DNA of 64,000 nt from an uncultured Gemmatimonadaceae bacterium (GTDB lineage Bacteria > Gemmatimonadota > Gemmatimonadetes > Gemmatimonadales > Gemmatimonadaceae): NCBI GenBank assembly GCA_963790305.1, contig CAWBOC010000003.1, forward strand, positions 96,001 through 160,000, given 5' to 3'. A model generated the notes under the pieces. That model was not told the DNA's origin, made no database searches, and saw nothing but the letters and a program-made list of their open reading frames with translations. This document shows positions 32,207 to 42,527 of the stretch, in pieces. Both the position numbers and the translations under genes were made by a program. The first letter of the stretch is position 1; every line of letters starts with the position of its first letter.

Positions 32207-32333
32207 AGATCAACGTCCGCCGACGTCAGGATCAGACGTCAGGGTATTGCGCGATCGAAGTTTCTGACCACTGACCCCTGACGTCTGATCCCTGACGTCT
32301 GCGGACGTTGATCTTCTGCTTCTGACGTCTGCA
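32207..32333. repeat. Palindrome of GACGTCAG-type repeats
   Basis: gatcaacgtccgc..gacgtcaggatcagacgtcaggg pairs with ccctgacgtctgatccctgacgtctgcggacgttgatc. Confidence 0.8.
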
Positions 32334-32410
32334 GTTGGCGCGGTGCTCGGGAATATCACGGGGCTCAGCATGCAGGCGCAACCGGAACGAAATATGCTTT
32401 CCCCGCCGTC

Positions 32411-34214
32411 ATGCTCCTGTCCCCCCGCTATCTACCGCGCCTCGCCGCGACGGTCGGCCTGTTCACGCGCTACGGCCTGAAAGACTTCGCCAAACGACAA
32501 GGGATCGAAGGGCTTGCGGCGGAGGAAGCCGAGGCAGCAGCCGTCGGGGAATGGTGACGGCGTCATCGAGCGTGCTCGCGCATTCCGCAAGCGCCTCGTC
32601 GAGCTCGGTCCGGCGTACATCAAGCTCGGACAGGTGCTGTCCACCCGCCCCGACCTTCTCCCCGAACCGTACATCCGGGAGCTCGAGCACCTTCAGGACG
32701 ATGTCGATCCGCTCCCCTTTTCGGTGGTCGAGGAGACCGTCGAGAAGGAGCTCGGCGCCCGCATCAGCAAGCTGTTCGGTGAGTTCAACCCCGAGCCGCT
32801 GGGGAGCGCCAGCCTCGGTCAGGTGCACGAAGCAACGCTGCGAGACGGGCGGGCCGTCGTCGTCAAGTCGCAGCGTCCTGGCATTCGCGAGTCGCTCGCC
32901 GACGACATCGAGTTTTTCCGTGAGTTCGCGCGCTTCCTCGCCGATCACACGCGCGCTGGCCAGCGCATCGACCTCGTCGGCATCATTCAGCAGCTCGAGA
33001 TGGCGCTTCTCGACGAGCTCGATTACCGGGTCGAGGCACGGAACGCGGCGGCATTTCGCCGGGAGCTCGCCGGGTATCCCGCGGCTGCTCATCCCGCGAG
33101 TCATCGAAGCGTACACCTCGGAGAAGGTGCTCACGATGGAGCGCATTCGTGGCATCAAGATCGACGACATTCCGAAGCTGTCGCGCGTCGAGCACGACTT
33201 CGGCGCGCTGGCCGAAGAGTTCGCCAAGGGCTACCTGAAGCAGATCACCATCGACGGCCACTTCCACGCCGACCCGCATCCCGGGAACGTCTTCGTCGTA
33301 ATGCCGGGCAGCGACAACCCGTGGACACCGGCCGAGGTGGTTGCCGGCGAACCGGCGCGCCGAGCCGCGTCCAGCTGTCACGCCGCTCTCGAAGATGGAG
33401 CAGGAGGCGCGTAAGGAGGCGAAGGACGAGGCGCCGGCAATCCCGTCACCCGACGAGCCGAAGCTCGCCATGATCGACTTCGGCATGACCGCGCGCCTGT
33501 CGACGACGATGCGCGACCAGATCGTCCGGCTGCTGCTCGACATCGCCGAGAACAAGGGAGACGACGCCGCCGAGACGCTGATCGAGATCGGGCACGTGAG
33601 CGAGCGCTTCGACCGTCAGGAGTTCGTGCGCGGCAGTCGCATCGCTCGTCGGCCGGAACTACGATCTCGACATCGGCGAGATCGAGGCCGGCACGCTGCT
33701 GTACGAGATGCTCAACATCTCCTTCGCGCACGGCCTCATGCTGCCCGCCGAGCTCACGCTGCTCGCCAAGGCGCTGTTCAACCTCGACGCGGTCACGCGC
33801 TCGCTCGACCCCACGTTCTCGCCGATCTCGACGATCCGCGAGTTCTCGTCACGCATCGCGAACGAGCGGGCGAAGCGGGAGATGTCGCTCAGTCGAGTCT
33901 TTCAGGTCGCAACGCAGACGTCAGACTTGATCAGCGCGCTCCCCCATCGTCTCGACCTGCTGACGCAGAAGCTCGCGGCCAACGAGTTCGCCATCAAGCT
34001 GGAGTCCCCGCAGGTTCATCTCCTGCTGCGCGGGATGCAGAAGATCGCCAACCGCGTGTTCTCGGGCCTCGTCCTGGGCGGCGTCGTCGTCGCGAGCGCG
34101 ATGCTGCTTCCCCATCGCAGAACTTTGGGGACCATGGGGTTCATCATCGCTGCCCTAATCGGGCTGTATATGGTCGTCGCGATCCTCGTGCAGGATCGAG
34201 CGGAGCGACGATAA
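32411..34214 (+). CDS. ABC1/UbiB (AarF) family kinase (frameshifted)
   Basis: LGPAYIKLGQVLSTRPD, SASLGQVH, ELDYRVE, FHADPHPGN and IDFGM motifs. Confidence 0.9.
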
Positions 34215-34216
34215 TC

Positions 34217-34273
34217 GAATGCAGAATGCGGGATGCGGATACGTCATCCTTCCGCATTCCGAATTCCGCATTC
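34217..34273. repeat. GAATGCG-type heptamer palindrome between convergent genes
   Basis: gaatgcagaatgcgggatgcgga pairs with tccgcattccgaattccgcattc. Confidence 0.75.
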
Positions 34274-34275
34274 GG

Positions 34276-34818
34276 TCAGGTTCCCGCCATCATCTTCTGC
34301 CGCAGCCTCCGCAGCTTCCGCCTCACCGACCCGTCCATCACGGTGTCCCCAATGCGGATGATCGTGCCGCCGAGGATGCTCTCGTCGACGCTGAAATGCG
34401 GCACGACGGATTTGCCGAGGACTTTCGACAGCCGGTCGATCACGGTCTTCTCGAGCTTGGCGTTGGGCTCGCGCGAAACCGTGACCTGCGCGTGCACGCG
34501 GCCCTCGATCTCATCCACCAGCGCGTGGTACTGAATCGCAATCTCGGGAATGAGCGCCTGACGGCGATGGCGAATCACCGACTGCAGGAAGCGCACGAAG
34601 AGACGTGGCATCCGATCCTGGAACGCCTTGGCGATGACGTCGTTCTTCTGATCGACGGAGACGCGCGGGGACTCCAGGAAGAGACGCAGCCGATCGTCGC
34701 GCGTGATCGCGTCGGCGACGTCGGAGATCATCGTCCCCCACCCCGTCAGATCCTTGGCTTTGGTGGCCAGGGACAGCAGCGCTTCGCCGTAGCTGCGCGC
34801 GATCGTCGAGTCGCGCAT
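34276..34818 (-). CDS. atpH: ATP synthase F1 delta subunit
   Basis: IARSYGEALL, LESP and ILGGTIIRIGDTVMDGSV motifs. Confidence 0.95.
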   Translation of the reverse strand: MRDSTIARSYGEALLSLATKAKDLTGWGTMISDVADAITRDDRLRLFLESPRVSVDQKNDVIAKAFQDRMPRLFVRFLQSVIRHRRQALIPEIAIQYHALVDEIEGRVHAQVTVSREPNAKLEKTVIDRLSKVLGKSVVPHFSVDESILGGTIIRIGDTVMDGSVRRKLRRLRQKMMAGT

Positions 34819-35396
34819 CAGCGCTCCGACTTCTGAAGGTCGCCGAGGAACTGCTCGACGATCTTGCGGTTGGTCTCGTCGTCGAGGTTGCGCTCGATGA
34901 CCTTGCTCGCGCCCCTGATCGCCAGATCCACAGCCTCACGACGCAGCTCCGCGATCGCGCGATCCCGCTCGGCGCCGATCTCCTGGCGGGCGCGGTCGAG
35001 GATCTCCTGCTGCTGGTGGCGCGCTTCCTCGACCATCTCGGTGCGGATCTTCTCGCCCGCCTTCGCCCCCTCGGCGATGAGCCGCTGGGCGTCGGCGCGG
35101 GCGGCGTCGATCTGACGGCGGTGCTCCTCGAGTAACTTCGCCGCTTCCTCACGGTCGCGCTTCGCCGACGCGATCGCCTCCTCGAGCGCTTTCTCGCGCG
35201 CCTCGACCGCGGCGAAGATCGCCGGGAAGGCGTACTTCCGCAGCAGCAGCCAGAGGGCGACGAAGATGAGCAGCGTCCAGAACATCAGCCCGGCGTGCGG
35301 GTCGAGCAGCCCGCGCGGCTTCTCCTGTGCCGCTTCCTGCGCAGCGGCGGGAAGCGCGGCGAACGTCAGCGTCAGGATCGAGAACAACCGCAGCAT
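34818..35396 (-). CDS. atpF: ATP synthase F0 subunit b
   Basis: GLMFWTLLIF..LRKYAFPAI followed by a coiled coil; start MLRLF. Confidence 0.93.
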   Translation of the reverse strand: MLRLFSILTLTFAALPAAAQEAAQEKPRGLLDPHAGLMFWTLLIFVALWLLLRKYAFPAIFAAVEAREKALEEAIASAKRDREEAAKLLEEHRRQIDAARADAQRLIAEGAKAGEKIRTEMVEEARHQQQEILDRARQEIGAERDRAIAELRREAVDLAIRGASKVIERNLDDETNRKIVEQFLGDLQKSER

Positions 35397-35458
35397 GACA
35401 GTACCCATGAGAGTAGGGAGAGCACCGGCGCGGCCCGGGCCGCGTCGGCGCCTGTGCC

Positions 35459-35746
35459 TTACGAGCCGAAAACGAACTTGCCCTGAATCAGGAATGCGAC
35501 GACGATCGCGAAGAGCGTCGCGCCTTCGATGAGCGCCGCGAGAATCAGCGCGGCCGTCTGGATGCGACCGGCCATCTCGGGCTGACGCGCCATGCCCTCG
35601 GTGGCCGAGCCGCCAATGCGGCCGATACCGATGCCCGCGCCGATGACGGCGAGTCCCGCCCCGACGGCGGCGCCGAACATCGCCCACGCGCCGCTGTACT
35701 CGACCGAGTACGTGGTCGCGGCCTGCAACATTGCGAAGACTTGCAT
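35459..35746 (-). CDS. atpE: ATP synthase F0 subunit c
   Basis: GAGIGIG, ARQPE and ALIEG motifs. Confidence 0.96.
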   Translation of the reverse strand: MQVFAMLQAATTYSVEYSGAWAMFGAAVGAGLAVIGAGIGIGRIGGSATEGMARQPEMAGRIQTAALILAALIEGATLFAIVVAFLIQGKFVFGS

Positions 35747-35912
35747 CTCGTGCTCCGGGAAAACTCGTTATGTGTCAGCGCTCCGCGCCGATCCCACCAG
35801 CGCTGCCCGTCAGCGAGACCCGGGTCTCAACGGGCTTCCGCGACCGTTCGGCCGCGTACACGACGCGAGGGGTGGAGCGTGCGTCCCTCGTGCTGTTCAT
35901 TCAAGCTCTACC

Positions 35913-36095
35913 CGCCAGGGGTTATGGAACCGCAGATGGCCGCAGAAGGCCGCAAATGGCCCCGGGCGTACGAACCTGATTTTCGCGTAGGTGTAACCAA
36001 AGAACTTCGGGAACTTTACCTCGCATGGACCTGTCCCGGGCGCAGCGAAGCATTTGCGGCTTTCTGCGGCTATCTGCGGTTCCATAACCCTGGCG
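35913..36095. repeat. Palindrome of 10-mer repeats (CCGCAGATGG-like) between atpB and atpE
   Basis: ccagggGttatggaaccgcagatggccgcagaaggccgcaaatg pairs with catttgcggctttctgcggctatctgcggttccataaccctgg. Confidence 0.88.
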
Positions 36096-36104
36096 AAACC
36101 CAAC

Positions 36105-37127
36105 TCAATGCGCCCCTTCGCGGATCTGTCCAATGAACACGCTCGTCAGCACGGCGAAAATGAACGCCTGCAAGAATGCCACGAACAGCTCGAGCATCAT
36201 GATCGCGAGCGCCATCACGAACGGGCCGCCTGCGACCCACCAGCTACCGAAGGTGAAAATGAGGCCCACCAGCGCAAGCACGACCACGTGACCCGCGGTC
36301 ATGTTCGCGAAGAGACGAATCGCCAGCGCAAAGGGCTTGGTGAACTTTCCGATGATCTCGACCGGGGTCATGATCAGCGTCATCGGCAGCTTCATTCCCA
36401 GCGGCATGTCGTGCGGCCAGTAGACGATCGTGTTGATGTACCCCCTGCCTAACGTCCGGATGCCTGCCCACTCGACCATCAAGAACGAGAGGATGGCGAG
36501 CGTCGCCGTCACCGAGATGTTGCCCGTCGCCGTCGAGCCGTACGGGACGAGGCCGAGCATGTTGGCGAACAGGATGAAGTAGAAGAGCGTCAGGATGAAC
36601 GGGACATACCGCTCGCCGTGGTGGCCGACGTTCGGCATGATCACCTCGTTCCGCATGTAGAGCGACACGGCCTCGATCGCGTTCGGAAAACCCTTCGGCG
36701 CCCGGCCCGCTGCCTGGTACCGACGTGCACCGCGACCGGCGAAGAAAAGGGCCACGAAGGTGAGGATCGCGGCGAGCCAGAGCATGACGACGTGCTTGGT
36801 CGGCGAGAGGTCGAGCGTCGAAGCTCGCCAATGTGGATCGGCTCCCACTCCGGCAGGTGGCACTCGCGCGCCTGCCAGATCTTCCACGACGCCGGGCACT
36901 CCATGTGGTGCGAGTCGCTGATGTGCGGCGTGATGATGTCGACGTTATGCGACGCCTCCGACTCGCCTGCGTGCTGCTCCTCGGGCGCGTGCCCCTGAAT
37001 CTCCTGGGCGACCTTGGCCGAGACCATCGAATCGACGTCCGGCCGCGCCTGAGCTTCGTGCTCCTGCGCGAGCAGTGAGCGAGGCGCTCAGGAGGAGCGC
37101 GGCGGCCAGGGAGAGTCCGAATCTCAT
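36105..37127 (-). CDS. atpB: ATP synthase F0 subunit a with N-terminal extension (frameshifted)
   Basis: SPTKHVV, STATGNI, PFALAIRLFANMTAGH and ELFVAFLQAFIF motifs; N-terminal parts in other frames. Confidence 0.93.
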
Positions 37128-37471
37128 CGAGCGAGCAGGAGGGGTTCTACGAGCGTCGAGAGGAAGAAGAACATCGCCAGACTGACGAGCGCCGCTGTCG
37201 CCGGAAGGCCGAGCGGGCCCACGAACACGAGCGCGTAGAGCGAGAGGGTCACGAGCCGCATGAGGGCGCCGAGTCCCCAGCCGACCATCACCTGGTCGCG
37301 CCTGACGAGGGTCGCGACGCCGAACGCGAGCATCTGCACGACGAAGGCAATGGCGGCGCTGAGCCAGATCGCGCGCTCCTCAGCCGGCGTCGACCAGACG
37401 ATGGTCATGATCGCGGCGGTGCTGGCAGTGAGGGCGGCGGCGAGGGCCGCAAAGGCGAGCACACGTTTCAT
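37124..37471 (-). CDS. ATP synthase accessory membrane protein (AtpI-like)
   Basis: Four TM helices, directly upstream of atpB. Confidence 0.7.
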   Translation of the reverse strand: MKRVLAFAALAAALTASTAAIMTIVWSTPAEERAIWLSAAIAFVVQMLAFGVATLVRRDQVMVGWGLGALMRLVTLSLYALVFVGPLGLPATAALVSLAMFFFLSTLVEPLLLAR

Positions 37472-37737
37472 TGGCGTTTGCGGGCTTCGTCTTCCCGCTT
37501 CTGGTCAGCCATGAGTCGTCGATAAATGCTGTAGAAGCTGGCGCCGGCGCCGAGGAAGACACCGGCCATGAGGAGCCACGGGGTGGTGCCGAACCGCTCG
37601 TCGAGCCACTTGCCCAGGAACAGGAAGAGGAGGATCGCGACGACGAACTGCATCCCGAGCCCGGCCACGGCGGCGCCGGAGGTGCCGCCGTGAGGCGGCG
37701 AGCGCTTGGGGTCGTGGTGCTCGCGCTCCTCGTTCAT
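37468..37737 (-). CDS. AtpZ/AtpI family protein
   Basis: LGMQFVVAILLFLFLGKWLDERFGTTPW motif. Confidence 0.88.
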   Translation of the reverse strand: MNEEREHHDPKRSPPHGGTSGAAVAGLGMQFVVAILLFLFLGKWLDERFGTTPWLLMAGVFLGAGASFYSIYRRLMADQKREDEARKRQ

Positions 37738-37754
37738 GGCGAGAAAGCTAGTGC

Positions 37755-37772
37755 TTGTGAAATTTTTCGCAA
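37755..37772. promoter_or_regulatory. Rex-like operator upstream of the atp operon
   Basis: TTGTGAA-ATTT-TTCGCAA, one mismatch from TTGTGAA-N4-TTCACAA. Confidence 0.65.
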
Positions 37773-37963
37773 GCTCATTAGAAATCCAAACCGAACAGAC
37801 ACCGCAGATTTGTGACCTCTCACCAAGTTTCGGTGACATTTACACTTACGCGTTACCCCAGGGTTGAAGTATCGTCCTGGTGTTGATAAGTTTGCCGGCT
37901 CTTCCGCCACCGACGCGACCGGTGGCCACCGACCCGGCCCTCTTCTGTCCCCGTCCGTTGACA

Positions 37964-38422
37964 ATGCGTTCCCGCCTTCTCGTCCTGCTGCTTTGCGCCG
38001 GCGCCCTCGTCCTGGCCTGCGGCCCTCGCGCCCACTCGAACGAAACCTCTGCTACTACGTCGCACGCGTCGGACAACACCGGGAAGGTGCTCGCGACATC
38101 GCTCAACGTGTCGGTCGAGCGCGGCGTTCAATTCGCGTTCCACGTCACGAACAACAGCGAGAAAGGGATCGAGCTGCGCTTTCCGAGCTCGCAGACGCAC
38201 GACTTCGTCGTGATCGATTCGACCGGACGCGAAGTGTGGCGCTGGGCCGGCGAGCGGATGTTCACGTCGGCGATGCAAACGAAGATGCTCGGCGCGCGCG
38301 AGACGATGAAGGTGGAAGAAGATTGGGATCCGGCCGGCAAGAAGGGAAAGTTCACCGTCGTCGCGAAGCTGACGAGCCGGAGCCACCCGCTGGAAGAGAA
38401 AGCCGAGTTCGCGCTGCCCTGA
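37964..38422 (+). CDS. Lipoprotein with BsuPI-like (intracellular proteinase inhibitor) domain
   Basis: VLAC lipobox; LRFPSSQTHDFVV...EVWRWAGERMFT. Confidence 0.8.
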   Translation: MRSRLLVLLLCAGALVLACGPRAHSNETSATTSHASDNTGKVLATSLNVSVERGVQFAFHVTNNSEKGIELRFPSSQTHDFVVIDSTGREVWRWAGERMFTSAMQTKMLGARETMKVEEDWDPAGKKGKFTVVAKLTSRSHPLEEKAEFALP

Positions 38423-38446
38423 CGCGCGTAAGGCGATTGAAAGAAT

Positions 38447-38474
38447 GAAGGCCGCCCAGTGAGAGGCGGCCTTC
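38447..38474. terminator. Hairpin, probable terminator
   Basis: gaaggccgcc-cagtgaga-ggcggccttc. Confidence 0.55.
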
Positions 38475-38551
38475 GTCGTCTTCCCCCCGCGCGATCGCGG
38501 CGGTAACGTGGTCGCCGTCGTGCAGCGCAAACCTCCTCCGGGACCGACGAC

Positions 38552-39784
38552 ATGACGACTCCCCCCGCCGTTGCGTCGGGCAGCGCCGCATTCAACGCCG
38601 ACGTATCACCGCGTTCAACGAGTGCTCGCGCCACCGAACGGATCGCGTCGGTCGACGTGCTTCGTGGAATCGCCGTCGTCCTCATGGCGATCGATCACGT
38701 GCGCGTGTACGCCGGGGTCCCTGCTGGCGGTCCCACGCCCGGTCTCTTCTTCACCCGATGGATCACGCATTTCGTCGCACCGGTATTCGTCTTTCTCGCC
38801 GGTACGGCGGCCTTTCTGCACGGCCGGAAGCTGGGAAGCAAGCCAGCGTTGGCAAAATTCCTCCTCGCGCGCGGCGTGTTCCTCATCGCGCTCGAGCTCA
38901 CCGTCATTCGGTTCGCCTGGACGTTCAACTTCGACTTCGCGAACTACATCCTGCTGGGTGTGATCTGGGTGATCGGATGGAGCATGATCGCGCTCGCGGC
39001 GCTCGTGTTCCTGCCGACGGTGGTCGTCGGTGCGTTCGGCCTCGTTATGATCTTCGGACACAACCTGGCCGACTCTTTCATCCGTCCGAACCTCGAGTCG
39101 CTTCAGGGAAGCATACCGTGGGCGATTGGCTACTTCGCGTTCGAGATCGGCGACACCGGCCCGCTGGCAGTCCTCTACTCGCTCGTTCCCTGGATTGGTG
39201 TCATGGCGGCGGGTTACGCGTTCGGCGCCGTGCTCGCGCTCGATGCCGAGCGGCGCAGACGCGTCTGTCTCCAGATCGGCGCGGCGGCGATTGCGTCGTT
39301 CATAGTGCTGAGAGCGCTGAACGCGTACGGCGATCCTCGGCCGTGGGATGGCAATGCGGCCGAGGGGTGGTGGCCTGTGCTGCGGTCCTTTCTCAACACG
39401 TCGAAGTATCCCGCGTCGCTGCTCTTCCTTCTGATGACGTTGGGTCCCGCGATCGTGTTGCTGCCATTTCTCGACAGGCCGCGTAATCGCGTGACGCGTG
39501 CGCTCCAGACATTTGGCCGCGTGCCCATGTTCTACTACCTGCTCCACATCCCGCTGATTCACCTCCTCGCGATCGGCGTATCACTCGCGAGAACGGGCGC
39601 TGTGGAGCCGTGGCTTTTCGAGAATCATCCCATGTGGATGAGCCCGGCGCCCGCCGGATATCAGTGGAGCCTATGGCTGCTGTATCTGGTCACGGCGGTC
39701 GCGGTCGGCCTTCTGTACCTCGCCTGCCGCTGGTACGCACGCGTGAAGCGCGAGTCGCGCAACCCCCTGCTACGCTACCTGTGA
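38552..39784 (+). CDS. DUF1624 / HGSNAT-like membrane acyltransferase
   Basis: RIASVDVLRGIA..MAIDH, FFTRWITHF.AP.F, KYPASL and FYYLLH motifs. Confidence 0.88.
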   Translation: MTTPPAVASGSAAFNADVSPRSTSARATERIASVDVLRGIAVVLMAIDHVRVYAGVPAGGPTPGLFFTRWITHFVAPVFVFLAGTAAFLHGRKLGSKPALAKFLLARGVFLIALELTVIRFAWTFNFDFANYILLGVIWVIGWSMIALAALVFLPTVVVGAFGLVMIFGHNLADSFIRPNLESLQGSIPWAIGYFAFEIGDTGPLAVLYSLVPWIGVMAAGYAFGAVLALDAERRRRVCLQIGAAAIASFIVLRALNAYGDPRPWDGNAAEGWWPVLRSFLNTSKYPASLLFLLMTLGPAIVLLPFLDRPRNRVTRALQTFGRVPMFYYLLHIPLIHLLAIGVSLARTGAVEPWLFENHPMWMSPAPAGYQWSLWLLYLVTAVAVGLLYLACRWYARVKRESRNPLLRYL

Positions 39785-39873
39785 CGTTCAGTTCGCAGTC
39801 GCTTCCAGTGACTTGACGAGCCGATAGGCGGGTCCAAATGTCAGCGACAGCCTCCTCGGAGATCCCCATGCTC

Positions 39874-40650
39874 ATGCGTCGTCGGCTCGCCCCCATCATC
39901 CTTGGCACGCTGGTCATCGCCTGCGGCGACGGCTCGACCGGCCCAGGCGCAGTCGACCTTCGACTCGCCGCAAGCAGCTTCAATGACCTCGGCCTTTCGC
40001 GAAGGCGCGCCGGTGACGGCAGCGGCGCGGGCGCATCGCAGGCGGCGGCGCTGGCGTTGCGAGCCGGAGTTCGGCCGGCGCGGGTGCGGATCGCCATCGA
40101 CGGGGTAACGGAGGACTACTGGGCGCTCGAGATCGAACGCGGCTTTGCGGGCGGGATCAGAATGTTATCGACCGCGCCTGACCCTCTCGTCGGACGAACC
40201 CTGGTGGCCTGGCGCGGCGGACCGGTTGAGCGCGTCGTCTCGTTCACGATCATGAGCGACACCGGCACTTTCTCGCTCATGCGGTACTACGGGCTGGGTG
40301 CGCTCCCCCCGGATCGTATTCTTTTCGATCCTGCCTTCGGTGTCATGTTCGAGCGGGGGGGACCGGCACATCTCTCGGTCGATGGTGGCGCACGCAGCAC
40401 GCGCGAATCGCTCGGCTCGGAGTGCGAGGCGCCGCAGAGATCCATTCTGAACATGCTGTCGTCGTTCTATCTGCCCGAGACGTGTCAGCGCGCGGTCTTC
40501 TTCACCCGCTTCAACATGCGGGTGCAAGAATGGACGTCCGCCGGGCTGGACGCGGCGCGATCACGCGTCGTGGAGATGGCGGGTCACGAGGTCCCGGGCA
40601 TTCGGCTCGAGTATCAACCGATCGAGCGGCCGTGTCCGGTGTGTGACTAG
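39874..40650 (+). CDS. Hypothetical lipoprotein
   Basis: MRRRLAPIILGTLVIAC lipobox followed by GDGSTGP; start uncertain. Confidence 0.65.
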   Translation: MRRRLAPIILGTLVIACGDGSTGPGAVDLRLAASSFNDLGLSRRRAGDGSGAGASQAAALALRAGVRPARVRIAIDGVTEDYWALEIERGFAGGIRMLSTAPDPLVGRTLVAWRGGPVERVVSFTIMSDTGTFSLMRYYGLGALPPDRILFDPAFGVMFERGGPAHLSVDGGARSTRESLGSECEAPQRSILNMLSSFYLPETCQRAVFFTRFNMRVQEWTSAGLDAARSRVVEMAGHEVPGIRLEYQPIERPCPVCD

Positions 40651-40744
40651 AGGCGCTAGAGGCGCTAGAGGCGCTAGAGGCGCTAGAGGCGCTAGAGGCG
40701 GCTAGCCTCAGCGCCCTTAGCGCCTTTAGCGCCTCTAGCGCCTT
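40648..40744. repeat. Palindrome of 9-mer tandem repeats (TAGAGGCGC)n
   Basis: At least five perfect copies, then inverted degenerate copies. Confidence 0.9.
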
Positions 40745-40823
40745 TCGACACTCTTACCGCCCCTCCCTTAACCTGGCGCGCCTCCCTCGGTAGAATTCGG
40801 GCGACCCAACCTACGGGACGCAC

Positions 40824-41837
40824 GTGGCGCAACCAGCACGGACGACGGCAGGGGCGGAATCGCGGGATGTCGAGCTGCTCCATCAATTGGCGCGCGCCCG
40901 GCGCGCGCTGCTGGATCAGATCGGCCGCCGCATCATCGGGCAGCACGAGGTGGTCGACAACCTCGTCGCCGCGCTCCTGAGCGGCGGGCATGCCCTGCTC
41001 GTCGGCGTGCCGGGCCTCGCGAAGACGCTGCTGGTGAAGACCGTGGCGGAGGCGCTCGATCTGGCCTTTTCACGCGTGCAGTTCACGCCTGACCTGATGC
41101 CGAGCGACATCACCGGGACGGAGCTGCTCGAGGAGGAGCACGCGACTGGGCGCCGCATCTTCAAATTTGTGCGCGGGCCGATTTTCGGGAACGTGATTCT
41201 CGCCGACGAGATCAATCGCGCCCCACCGAAGACGCAGGCGGCGCTTCTCCAGGCGATGCAGGAGCACGCGGTGACGGCGAGCGGCCAGACGTTCTCGCTG
41301 CCCGAGCCGTTCTTCGTGCTGGCAACGCAGAACCCGATCGAGCAGGAAGGGACGTACCCGCTCCCGGAGGCGCAGCTCGACCGGTTCATGTTCGAGCTCC
41401 GGGTGGGATACCCCTCGCGCGAGGAGGAGGAGCGCATCGTCACCACCACGACGGGCGACGTCGAGGCCACGGTGTCACCCGTTCTGACGGCGGCGCAGCT
41501 CACCGAGCTGCAGCATCTCGTCAGGCGGCTCCCCGCTCCGCCGACGGTCGTGCAATATGCCGTGCGCGTGGCGCGCTCTACCCGCCCCGACGCGCCCGAG
41601 GCGACGCCCGACGTCAAGAAGTACGTGAGCTGGGGCGCGGGGCCCCGCGCGTCCCAATACCTCATCCTCGGCGCCAAGGCGAAGGCCGCAATGGATGGGC
41701 GGTCGGTGCCCGACATCGACGACGTGCGCGGCGTGGCACTGTCGGTGCTGCGCCACCGCGTCGTGGTGAACTTCCAGGCCGAGGCCGAGGGTATCGGCGT
41801 GGAGCGACTTCTCTCGCTCGAAGAAAAGGCCCGCTGA
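40824..41837 (+). CDS. MoxR family AAA+ ATPase
   Basis: [39 protein letters not shown] and [22 protein letters not shown] motifs. Confidence 0.95.
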   Translation: MAQPARTTAGAESRDVELLHQLARARRALLDQIGRRIIGQHEVVDNLVAALLSGGHALLVGVPGLAKTLLVKTVAEALDLAFSRVQFTPDLMPSDITGTELLEEEHATGRRIFKFVRGPIFGNVILADEINRAPPKTQAALLQAMQEHAVTASGQTFSLPEPFFVLATQNPIEQEGTYPLPEAQLDRFMFELRVGYPSREEEERIVTTTTGDVEATVSPVLTAAQLTELQHLVRRLPAPPTVVQYAVRVARSTRPDAPEATPDVKKYVSWGAGPRASQYLILGAKAKAAMDGRSVPDIDDVRGVALSVLRHRVVVNFQAEAEGIGVERLLSLEEKAR

Positions 41838-42393
41838 TTGGAGACCACGCTCGGTACCGCGTACCTGACGCATCTCCAACGCACGTACCGGATGTACAAG
41901 GAGCTGGGCGAGCGCGCGATCGCGCAGGTGGAATCTGACGCGGATCTTCACCGCCAGCTCGATCCCGATTCCAACAGCATCGCCATCATCGTCAAGCACC
42001 TCGCCGGCAACTTGCGGTCGCGCTTTCGCGACTTCCTCACGACGGATGGGGAGAAGCCGGACCGCGATCGCGACAGCGAGTTCGTCGAAGACGATCGCGT
42101 TTCGCGCGCCGAAGTCCTGGGCTGGTGGAACGACGGGTGGGACATGCTGCTGCGCGCGCTCGAGGCGCTGACCGCGGACGACCTCGAGCGCACGGTCCAC
42201 ATTGGTGGCGAGAAATTTCTCGTGGTCGAAGCGCTCAATCGATCTGTGACGCACACCGCGTATCACGTAGGCCAAATCGTGTACGTCGCGCGGCATCTCG
42301 GCGTCCGGGCGGTGGACGTCGCTGAGCATCCCGAAGGCACGGGCGGTCGAGGCCGAAACGGCCACCCACGGCAGCCGACTGCCCAGGAGTTAG
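41838..42393 (+). CDS. DUF1572/DinB-like protein (frameshift near 42300)
   Basis: SNSIAIIVKHLAGN.RSR, DGEKPDRDRDSEF and YHVGQIV motifs; WTSLSIP in the shifted frame. Confidence 0.85.
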
Positions 42394-42527
42394 GCGTTCC
42401 CGCGGGGTCGGGCAAGACGACCTAACGCGTTACGAGGTTGCACGTCGAGACGTCGACAAGGTAGCGCCGGAGGGTGTTCCACACCGGCGTTCCTACCTAC
42501 GGCCCCTTTTCTCGACGTGAGGCTCCC

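Noticed and set aside
40648..40744. 9-mer arrays (also 29403-29512) as CRISPR
   Set aside because: The units are 9 nt, with no unique spacers and no cas genes.
40824..41837. MoxR without adjacent DUF58/vWA genes as a novel system
   Set aside because: Partners are commonly encoded elsewhere, and the neighbours give no supporting signal.
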